Assembly: GCA_964357395.1 (NCBI GenBank)
Contig: CAYHLC010000001.1
Location: 55,599 to 119,598 of the forward strand
DNA from: an uncultured Candidatus Saccharibacteria bacterium
Lineage (GTDB): Bacteria; Patescibacteriota; Minisyncoccia; Phycocordibacterales; Phycocordibacteraceae
Reading direction: 5' to 3'
Length of the DNA stretch: 64,000 nucleotides
Shown here: positions 47,510-56,372 of the stretch, piece by piece
Numbering within the stretch: position 1 is the first letter of the stretch
Layout: each line of letters begins with the position of its first letter
Translations under genes and position numbers: made by a program
The notes under the pieces: generated by a model
The model's input: only the letters and a program-made list of their open reading frames with translations
What the model was told of the DNA's origin: nothing
Database searches by the model: none

Positions 47510-47797
47510 GTGAAGTCAACCTTTAAGGCAAGGCTTTGGGTCTATCCGGGAGATAAGGCTTCGTGGCGGTTCATAACCGTTCCGAAGGATATATCTGGGA
47601 AGATTCGGAAGAGTAACAAGCCTCGCGGCTGGGGCTCACACCAGGTACGCGTCACGATTGGCAAGACCAGTTGGGACACGTCGATCTTTTGGGAGTCGAA
47701 GAGCCTTACGTTCCTGCTGCCAGTCAAGGCAACAATCCGTCGCGCGGAAGGGATAGAAGATGGAGAAACCGTTTCCGTAAAGCTGGTGATCAGATAA
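47510..47797 (+). CDS. DUF1905-like small protein (GTG start proposed)
   Basis: About 95 aa. WRFITVPKD...VRVTIGKTSWDTSIFW pattern. The annotated ORF 47402.. runs through the upstream terminator and is trimmed. Confidence 0.35.
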   Translation: MKSTFKARLWVYPGDKASWRFITVPKDISGKIRKSNKPRGWGSHQVRVTIGKTSWDTSIFWESKSLTFLLPVKATIRRAEGIEDGETVSVKLVIR

Positions 47798-47799
47798 TC

Positions 47800-49314
47800 A
47801 TGCAAAAGACAATCTCAGTCAAACACGTTAGTGTCGAATTCGGAACCAAAACAGTCTTAGACGATGTATCGTTTGCTATCGCCGTACCTGACCATATCTG
47901 TGTGGTGGGGGAGAACGGCGAGGGCAAGTCGACCTTGATGCGAGTCCTTGCAGGCACTGTCGAGATTGAGGAAGGCACGGTAGCAAAGAGCAATGGCGCT
48001 CGGGTGTACTACATTCCTCAGGAATTCCCACACTCACATATGGCCCTTACGGCACGCGAGTACGCAGTACAGGAAGCAGGACACGGCATGTACAAAAAGG
48101 TAGAGGAAATATGTACGGTGCTCGGCCTCCGATTAGCAACGTATGCGGACCAGCAGTGCCGACTCCTCTCGGGCGGGCAGCAAAAGATCATTGCGCTTGC
48201 TGTTGGTATGGCAATCCGGCCCGACTTCCTCCTCCTCGATGAGCCGGAAAACCATTTGGATATCGTGACGCGAAAGCAGCTCATAGTAGAGCTGCAGGAC
48301 TTTCCTGGCGCGCTTATTTGCATCTCGCACGACCGCTTCGTTATCGATGCCTTGGCAGAAAAGATTCTGGAGATTGCAGATGGGAAGCTACACATATCAG
48401 AGGGGAACTATGCAGATTACCGCCAATCTCGCAGACGCAGGATAGAGGGTTCGCAGCGCACCTTTGATGCCGAGGAAAAGCGCATAGCTCAGCTCAAGAA
48501 GGCCTACGTAATCGCGCACCAGAAGGCTATTAGAGGTAAGGAGACCGCAGCCTACCACCGCATTAAGGACGAGCTCCTGGGCTTGAAGCAGGATCATAAG
48601 GAAAACAGGCGTGCCGAAGACGAGTTTACCAAGATCAAGCTCGGAGGAAGCAAGTCAGATCTACACAACACCAAACTCCTTGTTAAGGCAGAGGACGTGT
48701 CGTATGGCTACTCGGGCAAGCACCCACTCTTTAAGAAGCTCTCATTCGAGATCCGCGTCGGCGGACACATCGTACTTCTCGGGAGGAACGGCTCGGGCAA
48801 GTCGACACTGCTAAAGCTAATGCAAGGGAAGCTGAAGCCAGACACTGGAGCCATAACCTGGGCACCCGGGATCAAGGTGCACTACTTCGACCAGCACATG
48901 GCTTTCGATCCAAACATGTCACCACGCGAGGTAGTCGAGGATCACTATGGCTGCTCAGTACAGGATGCACGGGCGATATTGGGTAAGGTAAAGTTCGACC
49001 TCGACCGCATGGAGCGGAAGCTCGAGAGCCTCTCCGGTGGCGAGCGTATGCGACTCAAGTTCGCAATAGTCTTCGGTATGAACCCCGACGTCATCGTGCT
49101 CGATGAGCCAACGAACCATGTAGACATCACAACATGGGACATACTCCTCGAGCAGTGCAATGCGACCAAGGCGACACTGATCCTCGTGACCCACGATGAG
49201 GAGTTCATCGAAAAGCTGAACAACAAACTCTTCTTCGTCCTCTCCCGCTCCGAGTTCAGTGTCCGCCACAAGGCCCTAGACGTCCTCCTCGAGGAGCTCT
49301 CGCGTGTAGAATAG
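47800..49314 (+). CDS. ABC-F family ATPase (two tandem ABC domains, no TMD)
   Basis: 504 aa from MQKTISVKHVSVEFG. Two Walker A (GENGEGKST, GRNGSGKST), two LSGGQ signatures, and an inter-domain linker. Confidence 0.85.
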   Translation: MQKTISVKHVSVEFGTKTVLDDVSFAIAVPDHICVVGENGEGKSTLMRVLAGTVEIEEGTVAKSNGARVYYIPQEFPHSHMALTAREYAVQEAGHGMYKKVEEICTVLGLRLATYADQQCRLLSGGQQKIIALAVGMAIRPDFLLLDEPENHLDIVTRKQLIVELQDFPGALICISHDRFVIDALAEKILEIADGKLHISEGNYADYRQSRRRRIEGSQRTFDAEEKRIAQLKKAYVIAHQKAIRGKETAAYHRIKDELLGLKQDHKENRRAEDEFTKIKLGGSKSDLHNTKLLVKAEDVSYGYSGKHPLFKKLSFEIRVGGHIVLLGRNGSGKSTLLKLMQGKLKPDTGAITWAPGIKVHYFDQHMAFDPNMSPREVVEDHYGCSVQDARAILGKVKFDLDRMERKLESLSGGERMRLKFAIVFGMNPDVIVLDEPTNHVDITTWDILLEQCNATKATLILVTHDEEFIEKLNNKLFFVLSRSEFSVRHKALDVLLEELSRVE

Positions 49315-49318
49315 GTGA

Positions 49319-50527
49319 GTGCGAATACTGATAGTAGGCAGCAAGGGCAGCGAGCATGCTCTCGCGTGGAAGATTAGTCAGTCGCCACTGGTTACAAAGG
49401 TAGTGGTGACCCCAGGGAACGCCGGGTGGGAGAGCCTCGGCATTGTGGAGGCAGATGAGATCATCGCCTATGCAAAGACGAATGCTGACCTTGTGCTAGT
49501 TCGTGAGGATACGTATCTTGCGAGCGGACTGGTTGATGCGCTTCAGGACGCCGGGTTACTGGTTTTTGGTCCTACAAAAGCTGCCGCAAAGATCGAGTGG
49601 TCCAAGGGATACGCAAAGGAGGTAATGCTTGCTGCTGGCATTAGAACTGCACGCTCGCGAAGCTTTTCTAACCAAGGCGATGCGGTCGCCTATATAGAGG
49701 GGCAAGAACACCCACTTGTCATAAAAGCCGACGGGCTCGTCGCAGGGAAGGGGGTGGTGATATCGCAATCCGTTGCTGAGTCAGAGGCGGCACTGCATAC
49801 GCTCGGCATGCCGGTAGTTATTGAAGAGTACATGCAAGGCAGAGAGATATCGGTGCACGCGCTCTGCGATGGCGAGCGGGCTATACTCTTCCCGCCGTCC
49901 CAGGACCACAAGCGCGCGTATGACAATAATGAGGGTCCTAACACTGGAGGAATGGGCACTATTGCTCCTGTCCCGGGCGTTACTGCGGAGGACATGCGGC
50001 GTATCGAACAAGAGGTAGTACGTTCGCTCCTTGCTGAGCTCAGACGTCGAGGCACTCCATTTAAGGGGATTCTGTTTCCGGGCATTATGCTCACTGCGGA
50101 GGGTCCAAAGGTGATCGAGTTCAATGCACGTTTCGGCGACCCAGAGACGCAGTCGTACATGCGACTCTTACAGTCTGACTTGATCCCAGCACTTATTGCT
50201 GTAGCGCAGGGCGATATCTCCGACGTGAGACTAGAGTGGCGGCAGGGCAGCGCGGCAACAGTGATCCTCGCGTCTGGCGGCTACCCAGGCGACTACCAAA
50301 AAGGATTGCCAGTTACGCTTCCAGAACCGCCTGCCGATGTTATCGTTTTTCATTCAGGTACGGCACTTCGCGACGGTCAGCTAGTGACGGCCGGAGGCAG
50401 AGTGCTTGGGGTCTCAGCAACAGGCGCAGATTTGGATGAGGCACTAGGCAATGCCTATAGTGCAGCCTCGCAAATACACTTTGACGGGATGCACTTTAGG
50501 CGTGATATTGGTGCTTATGGAGGCTGA
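49319..50527 (+). CDS. purD: Phosphoribosylamine-glycine ligase (PurD, ATP-grasp)
   Basis: 402 aa. MRILIVGSKGSEHALAWK, GGMG, and EFNARFGDPETQ hallmark motifs. Confidence 0.85.
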   Translation: MRILIVGSKGSEHALAWKISQSPLVTKVVVTPGNAGWESLGIVEADEIIAYAKTNADLVLVREDTYLASGLVDALQDAGLLVFGPTKAAAKIEWSKGYAKEVMLAAGIRTARSRSFSNQGDAVAYIEGQEHPLVIKADGLVAGKGVVISQSVAESEAALHTLGMPVVIEEYMQGREISVHALCDGERAILFPPSQDHKRAYDNNEGPNTGGMGTIAPVPGVTAEDMRRIEQEVVRSLLAELRRRGTPFKGILFPGIMLTAEGPKVIEFNARFGDPETQSYMRLLQSDLIPALIAVAQGDISDVRLEWRQGSAATVILASGGYPGDYQKGLPVTLPEPPADVIVFHSGTALRDGQLVTAGGRVLGVSATGADLDEALGNAYSAASQIHFDGMHFRRDIGAYGG

Positions 50528-50846
50528 TGAGTTTCAGAAACTGGTGGCGGAGGCGATCGACAAGGTCCCCGCTAAGTTTGTGGGGAGGATACAGAACCTC
50601 GCATTCCTCATCGAAGAGGGGACAGCGGATGGCGAAATCTTGGGCCTCTACCAGGAGGCAGGAGATATGCCCCACACAATAACCCTCTACCGCCTCCCAA
50701 TTCTCGAAGAGGCGACCCACTCAGGCCTACCGGTGGCTGTGGTCGTGCAGGAGACAGTCTGGCACGAGATCGCACACTACTTTGGCATGGACGAACAGGG
50801 TGTGCACACCAGGGAGGAGGAGGGCACAAACCGCTTCGCGGAATAG
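50517..50846 (+). CDS. Zincin-like metallopeptidase family protein (DUF1025 / possible zinc metallopeptidase)
   Basis: 109 aa from MEADEFQKLVAEAIDKVP. HExxH in VWHEIAHYFGMDE. Confidence 0.65.
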   Translation: MEADEFQKLVAEAIDKVPAKFVGRIQNLAFLIEEGTADGEILGLYQEAGDMPHTITLYRLPILEEATHSGLPVAVVVQETVWHEIAHYFGMDEQGVHTREEEGTNRFAE

Positions 50847-50924
50847 GGCTATACCCCATGAGATAGACAGGTACGTTTATCGCTACACAGTCGAGTGCGA
50901 TATCTCACGGGGTATACTGTCCGT

Positions 50925-51317
50925 ATGGCAGCAGACAAGCGGGTATTGTATATCGAGGACGAAAAGTTTTTTGCTACCACGGTTGATAAGGTCCTTACTC
51001 AAGCCGGCTACTCGGTCCAGCTCTCCGCAGACGGTGAGGCTGGGGTCAAAGTGGCTCGCGAATGGAAGCCAGATTTGATACTCCTAGACCTCCTCCTCCC
51101 TAAGATTGATGGCTTTGAGGTACTGAAGCAGTTGAAGGCAGACCTCTCGACGAAGCCCATTCCGGTAGTTGTGCTCTCGAATCTGAACTCGGAGGCAGAC
51201 GTCAAGAAAGCTACCGACCTTGGTGCCAAAAACTTTTTTGTTAAGGCGCTTACGATGCCTGCTAATATCCTTGCACTAGTAAAGGATGTGATTGGCCCCC
51301 CACCGTCTACTGGCTAA
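50925..51317 (+). CDS. Single-domain response regulator (receiver only)
   Basis: About 130 aa. VLYIEDE...LILLDLLLPKIDGFEVL...VVVLSN...GAKNFFVKA. Confidence 0.75.
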   Translation: MAADKRVLYIEDEKFFATTVDKVLTQAGYSVQLSADGEAGVKVAREWKPDLILLDLLLPKIDGFEVLKQLKADLSTKPIPVVVLSNLNSEADVKKATDLGAKNFFVKALTMPANILALVKDVIGPPPSTG

Positions 51318-51320
51318 GTC

Positions 51321-52889
51321 ATGTTTGGCCTATCTGACCAGCTACTAATCACGCTTGGGGGTAATATACTCTCGATCGGCATCATCCTCGTTGGAGGGCT
51401 CTTTGTGCTCTTCAACAATATCCGTGGGCGGACCAACCAGCTCTTCGCATTCCTCATGTTTTCCTGCATGTTGTACGAGGTCTTCTTCGTCGTCGCTGCT
51501 TTGCAGACGGAGTATTTCGCAGCATATTTCTGGTGGTTCCTGAACATCTTTGACGTACTGATCACCATGTCTGTGGTGCACTTCATCTTTCATATCATTA
51601 AGAAGGAGCGCAAGTGGTCGTGGTATATCATCCTGACATACATCCTTGGTATTGCAATCTTTGCGTACGCGTGGCTCGACCCTGCGGCGTTCCTCCCAAC
51701 GGTAGTGCCGAAGATGTACTTCTTCTACTTCCTCGAGGCAGGATGGTGGTACACCGTGATGCTGGTATATTTCCTCGCACTGCCACTCGTCCCATTCGTA
51801 GTCCTACTCGTTACCTACTGGAACTCAGGAGGGGTAGAGGGCAAGCGACTCGAATACATCATTTTGATGTTGCTCATTGGGTATGCCATTGGATGCTTGA
51901 ACTTCCTCCTCGTGTACAACATCCCTATCGACCCGGTGTTCGGGATGTTCTTCGGGTTTTACTTCATACCGATTGCGTACGGCATATTTGCTACCAACCT
52001 TATGGACATTAGACTCGTGCTGCGCAGGGCCGTGGTGTACGGCATCACGATCGGTGCTGTTGCGGCATTCCTCACCGCCCTCATTCTCCTCAATGACTTC
52101 ATCATCCGAACTTTGCCGTGGCTCGGGTTCTGGACGGTGCCACTCGGTGTTGCCGTTGTGTCGGTAGTTATTACTCGTACGGTGTGGGCACAGTCTAAGG
52201 ACACAGACAGACTAAAGTATGAGTTCATTACGATTGCGGCGCACAAGCTCCGCACTCCGCTCACTCGTATCCGCTGGGAGATTCCGGGCCTCTTGGATCG
52301 AGTAGGGGAGAACAAGGTGGTGCGTGAAGGACTCGTGCGTATCGATGTTGCAAACAATCGACTCATCGAACTCACTAACATACTTATGGAGGCAGCACAC
52401 ACAGAGGACACTGCGTACAGCTATCGGAAGGATCCAGTGGACCTAGCTCAGGCGATCAAAAACGCATTGGCCCGCTTTGAGTCACAGATCAAGGAGAAGA
52501 GCATATCCTCTGTCGTGCAGGTCGACCCAAGTATCAAAAAGATGCCGCTCGGAGATCCGGGACGAGTGAGCTCGGTAGTCGACGTGATGATAGAGAACGC
52601 AGTGGTGTACACCCCACAGGGGGGGTCGATACGGGTCGCACTTGGGGAGGAGCGCCGTGGCATCAAGTTTTCTGTCTCTGACACTGGTATTGGCGTTAAT
52701 CCCGAGGATCGGGAGAGGATCTTTTCCTCCTTCTTCCGTACCGACAGAGCCAAGACTGCCGATACTGAGGGCGTGGGTATCGGCCTTGCGATCGCCAAGA
52801 GCATTGTGGAGAAGCATAACGGCCACATCGGTGTCGACTCGGAGGGTGAGGGCAAGGGCTCGACCTTCTGGTTTACGCTCCCCGTTTAG
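51321..52889 (+). CDS. Sensor histidine kinase with a multi-TM N-terminal sensor domain
   Basis: 522 aa. At least 6-7 TM helices. H-box IAAHKLRTPLT. N, G1 (DTGIGV) and G2 (GVGIGLAI) boxes. Confidence 0.85.
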   Translation: MFGLSDQLLITLGGNILSIGIILVGGLFVLFNNIRGRTNQLFAFLMFSCMLYEVFFVVAALQTEYFAAYFWWFLNIFDVLITMSVVHFIFHIIKKERKWSWYIILTYILGIAIFAYAWLDPAAFLPTVVPKMYFFYFLEAGWWYTVMLVYFLALPLVPFVVLLVTYWNSGGVEGKRLEYIILMLLIGYAIGCLNFLLVYNIPIDPVFGMFFGFYFIPIAYGIFATNLMDIRLVLRRAVVYGITIGAVAAFLTALILLNDFIIRTLPWLGFWTVPLGVAVVSVVITRTVWAQSKDTDRLKYEFITIAAHKLRTPLTRIRWEIPGLLDRVGENKVVREGLVRIDVANNRLIELTNILMEAAHTEDTAYSYRKDPVDLAQAIKNALARFESQIKEKSISSVVQVDPSIKKMPLGDPGRVSSVVDVMIENAVVYTPQGGSIRVALGEERRGIKFSVSDTGIGVNPEDRERIFSSFFRTDRAKTADTEGVGIGLAIAKSIVEKHNGHIGVDSEGEGKGSTFWFTLPV

Positions 52890-53278
52890 GCGTGCACTGT
52901 CCGTTCCTGTCTCGTAGGCCACAGGCCATACGTAAGAAGTACTGTCGATACTGTCATTGCGACAGCGGCTTCCTTAACGCGCGTTATGCCGATGTTGTAA
53001 CCCGCATTGTAGGCCTTGTAGCACTCATCTGCACTGTCCTCCTGCTCGTAAGGGGTAAGGTCGTACGGACTCACGTCTCCACTTTCGCCGAACAGGAAAG
53101 TATTTAGTACCTGCCTCCCAGTCGCTACGCCATCTTTAAAGCAGTCAGCGTTCTCATCGGAATAGAGCCACTCGCCTAGTATAGGAGCAATAAGGACATA
53201 CAGGGCAGTACCGGCCATACCAATAGCCCCGGTATAGACCATCCAGCGCTTACCAGTATCCTCTCGCATTAGGGACAT
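52886..53278 (-). CDS. Hypothetical membrane-anchored protein
   Basis: 130 aa. One TM helix. Convergent 4-nt overlap with the kinase gene. Confidence 0.3.
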   Translation of the reverse strand: MSLMREDTGKRWMVYTGAIGMAGTALYVLIAPILGEWLYSDENADCFKDGVATGRQVLNTFLFGESGDVSPYDLTPYEQEDSADECYKAYNAGYNIGITRVKEAAVAMTVSTVLLTYGLWPTRQERTVHA

Positions 53279-53369
53279 TCTGCCCTAACAGCGCTATCGA
53301 TGCAATTGCGCGGCTTTGTGTGTCCTAAAACCAAAAACCCCACCGAAGCAGGGTTTTGGGTAGCCTTCT

Positions 53370-53543
53370 TTAATCTCCACCGTCGGAAGCCGTGTTTGAC
53401 CCTTGAATGAGGTACGCAATACCCGCTACTATCCCCGCCACGCCCACGTACTGTACCCAATCTCCACCTTTCTCATGTGGCAGGTAGTCACCTCCGAATG
53501 CAAGCGCTGCACCGAGCACCGCTACTGCTAGTCCCCAGGCCAT
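53370..53543 (-). CDS. Unannotated small membrane ORF (57 aa)
   Basis: MAWGLAVAVLGAALAFGGDY...IVAGIAYLIQGS, two hydrophobic helices. Followed on the minus strand by a hairpin plus T-run at 53330-53369. Below the 60-aa cutoff of the ORF track. Confidence 0.25.
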   Translation of the reverse strand: MAWGLAVAVLGAALAFGGDYLPHEKGGDWVQYVGVAGIVAGIAYLIQGSNTASDGGD

Positions 53544-53596
53544 CTGCTCGCGACCAAGCGTGACTGCCTCTCCTCTAGTTGCTGCTTTTATAATTC

Positions 53597-53767
53597 TTAA
53601 TCGTTGCTTGGCAACAGCGCTTCCGTCCCTACGGACGCTGCGACGCTAACTCCGATAAGTGCTGCGAGAGCGTCAAGGCCTAGATCAAGGCCGAATACCT
53701 CTCTAAGTCCTACCCATGCAAGGCCACCACCTATAGTGCCACCCAGGGCTTCGTTTATGTATCTCAT
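53597..53767 (-). CDS. Unannotated small Gly-rich ORF (56 aa)
   Basis: MRYINEALGGTIGGGLAWVGL...ALAALIGVSVAASVG, a glycine-zipper-like pattern. Lies between corA and the 57-aa ORF on the same strand. Confidence 0.2.
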   Translation of the reverse strand: MRYINEALGGTIGGGLAWVGLREVFGLDLGLDALAALIGVSVAASVGTEALLPSND

Positions 53768-53844
53768 ACACTTGTCATACTCATCCAGGAGGGTGTTAGG
53801 TTACGGGTCGAAAACGCCTAATTGTCAATAGCAGTGTAAGGCCT

Positions 53845-54756
53845 TCAAAGCCACTTATGGCGGCTAAGGACTATGGCTGCTGCTATGAAAAAGAGTACTA
53901 CGAAGGCGAGGACCCCGTATGCAGCACCTGGGCCCGCAAAGGGGAGTGCCAGGTTCATGCCATAAAACCCGGTCACCATGTTTGGTACAGTCACTATGAT
54001 CGTGAGCGCCGTAAGGAAGCGCATGGTGTTGTTCAGCCGGTGCGTCGCGATCACGCTGTACGCCTCACGAGTGTTCTCCATCGTCTTTAGGGTTGATCGG
54101 CCGAGCTCTACAAGCTCGGCGGTCGCAAGGATCACATCGTTCAAGAGGTCTTGATTTTTTGCTGTGAGCACACCAGACTTACCGTGCGCTAGTTTGCCAA
54201 GCGCAACTCCTTGTGGGATGAGGGCGTCCATAAAATCATTGACGGTGCCCTCGTAGTCAGTAAGCTCGATAATGTGTTCCGAGCGCATCTTCCCGATGAG
54301 CTGTTTGCGACGATTAACGGCGCGCTGAATGTTAATGAGCGAGTGTCTGTAGTGACTGGTAACAGTCTGCAGGATCTTGATAAGGAGGTGCATCGGGTCT
54401 GCAGTGTCGTAGTCGCCGGACTCTGCGAACGCTTTCAAAAATCGTGCTTCATTTGGCGTAATAGTCAGCACCCCACTCTTTGTAACGGCGACGAGGAGTG
54501 GCCACGTACCCGCTTCGTCACTCTCGCCTGCGTAGCGCAGAAAGATATAGGTTGCGTGATGGTCGACCTCAAAGCGGGGCGCCTCATAGAGGTCTAGCGC
54601 GTCGAGCACCAACTCTTCCTTGGCGCCGAGCGTCTTAGCAATCGCGCGGGCCTCACTCGTCTCTGGTGCCTCAAGGTACACCCAGGTGTCCTGATGGTCG
54701 ATGGGGCACGTTAGAGTGAGCGACTCCTCACCCGATTTGCAATATGTCTGCATCAT
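53845..54756 (-). CDS. corA: CorA-family magnesium/cobalt transporter
   Basis: 303 aa. C-terminal two TM helices with GMN motif (YGMNLALPF). Confidence 0.85.
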   Translation of the reverse strand: MMQTYCKSGEESLTLTCPIDHQDTWVYLEAPETSEARAIAKTLGAKEELVLDALDLYEAPRFEVDHHATYIFLRYAGESDEAGTWPLLVAVTKSGVLTITPNEARFLKAFAESGDYDTADPMHLLIKILQTVTSHYRHSLINIQRAVNRRKQLIGKMRSEHIIELTDYEGTVNDFMDALIPQGVALGKLAHGKSGVLTAKNQDLLNDVILATAELVELGRSTLKTMENTREAYSVIATHRLNNTMRFLTALTIIVTVPNMVTGFYGMNLALPFAGPGAAYGVLAFVVLFFIAAAIVLSRHKWL

Positions 54757-54765
54757 ATCCTTCGT

Positions 54766-55308
54766 CTATGATACCTGGTTTTTGAGGAGGGCGGCGAACT
54801 CCTTTTGGACCTTCTCTAGCTTCGGGTTGATGACGAGGGCGCAGTACTGGCTCCCCGCGTTTCGGGCGAAGTAGTCTTGGTGATAGTTCTCCGCCTCATA
54901 GAACTCGGTAAGTGGTTCGAGTTCGGTAACTATAGGCGCACCATCCGCGTTTGATGCATTGGCATCTGCAATAAACTTTGCTGCCTCGGCCTTCTGCTCT
55001 GGGGTTGTGTAAAAGATGACCGAGCGGTATTGCGTACCGATGTCAGCGCCCTGCCTATTAACCGTTGTTGGGTCGTGCGAGCCAAAGAAGACGAGGAGGA
55101 GGTCGCGGTACTTCACCATGTTCGGGTCGTACTCTACTTGTACACATTCGGCGTGGTTAGTATCGCCGTTCGAGACTTGGTCGTAGGTAGGGTTAGGAAC
55201 GTTCCCTCCTGCGTAGCCGGGGAGTACGGAGCCGACCCCCTTCATCATCTTAAACACCGCCTCCGTGCACCAGAAGCATCCTCCACCAAAGACTGCTACT
55301 TCGGTCAT
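54766..55308 (-). CDS. msrA: Peptide methionine sulfoxide reductase MsrA
   Basis: 180 aa. Active site GGCFWC. Confidence 0.9.
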   Translation of the reverse strand: MTEVAVFGGGCFWCTEAVFKMMKGVGSVLPGYAGGNVPNPTYDQVSNGDTNHAECVQVEYDPNMVKYRDLLLVFFGSHDPTTVNRQGADIGTQYRSVIFYTTPEQKAEAAKFIADANASNADGAPIVTELEPLTEFYEAENYHQDYFARNAGSQYCALVINPKLEKVQKEFAALLKNQVS

Positions 55309-55784
55309 ACTTGTGCTTGCGGTGGCTGTAGATCAGCGACTGTCTCCTCAGTGTCGCGGGCCTCGGGCGCGCGGGGAGTGGGGACAGCGGAAGTGTCGAG
55401 GTCGAGACACACCGACATAGTGCAGTAGCGCTTGCCGGTTGACTTTACGGGTCCGTCATTAAACACATGTCCCAGGTGTGACTTGCAGCGCGAGCAGCGG
55501 ATCGCAGTTCGGTTCATGCCGTGGCTTGTGTCCTCGACCTCCTCGACTGCGCCAGGAATTGCACTATCAAACGATGGCCAGCCGGTCATCGAGTCGTACT
55601 TCGCAGTACTCTCGAACAGGGCTTGCCCGCATACCTTGCAGGTGAAGGTCCCGTCCGGGGTTTTGGTGAGGTAGCTGCCGGTGTAGGGGATCTCGGTGCC
55701 CTTGTTCCGCAGCACTTCGTACTCCTCGGGGCTCAACTTAGCCTTCAACTCCTCCTCCGTAGGCATTTTGTACTCATCCGTCAT
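55305..55784 (-). CDS. msrB: Peptide methionine sulfoxide reductase MsrB (zinc-binding form)
   Basis: 159 aa. Two CxxC pairs (CKVCG, CSRCKS). RYCTMS-type catalytic region. ATGA-coupled to msrA. Confidence 0.9.
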   Translation of the reverse strand: MTDEYKMPTEEELKAKLSPEEYEVLRNKGTEIPYTGSYLTKTPDGTFTCKVCGQALFESTAKYDSMTGWPSFDSAIPGAVEEVEDTSHGMNRTAIRCSRCKSHLGHVFNDGPVKSTGKRYCTMSVCLDLDTSAVPTPRAPEARDTEETVADLQPPQAQV

Positions 55785-55801
55785 GGTGGTAGTCTAACAT
55801 A

Positions 55802-56368
55802 ATGCGTATTGGATTAGCAGGAGCGGCGGGGTCGTTTTCGGAGATGGCAGCTATGACCTACGCCAAGGAGGCGGGGGACGCAGCACCTACCTACGAGTAC
55901 CTCACACACCCGAGCAATGTCCTGGACGCTCTCGATGCGGGGACCATCGACATAGGTATATTTGCTATCGAGAACTCGACCGGAGGCGTGGTGACCGAGT
56001 ACTTGCCTGCTATAGCCGAACACAAGTTTAGTATCGACAAGATATTCGAGATCCCCGTCGACCATATGCTCCTAGTAAAGAAGGGGACCAACGCCTCGGA
56101 CGTCACCATGATAGTCTCGCAGCGGCAGGCACTCCGCCAGTGCCGTATGTACCTCGCCCGCCAGTGGCCATCGGTAGAGGTCAAGGAGTACGTCGATACC
56201 GCTACTGCTGGTAAGGATTTGAGCGAGGGAGTTTTGCCAGCAACCGCAGCTGTGGTTGCGTCGGCTCGAGCAGGTGAACTGTATGGACTCGAAGCGCTTG
56301 ATCAGAAGATCCAAGACCTAAAGTTTAATTACACCGTATTCATCGCAGCAAAACCTATGTCAAAATAG
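55802..56368 (+). CDS. Prephenate/arogenate dehydratase catalytic (PDT) domain protein without an ACT domain
   Basis: 188 aa. IENSTGGVVTEY, and near the C-terminus FNYTVFI (the NxTRF-like region). Confidence 0.6.
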   Translation: MRIGLAGAAGSFSEMAAMTYAKEAGDAAPTYEYLTHPSNVLDALDAGTIDIGIFAIENSTGGVVTEYLPAIAEHKFSIDKIFEIPVDHMLLVKKGTNASDVTMIVSQRQALRQCRMYLARQWPSVEVKEYVDTATAGKDLSEGVLPATAAVVASARAGELYGLEALDQKIQDLKFNYTVFIAAKPMSK

Positions 56369-56372
56369 GTAA

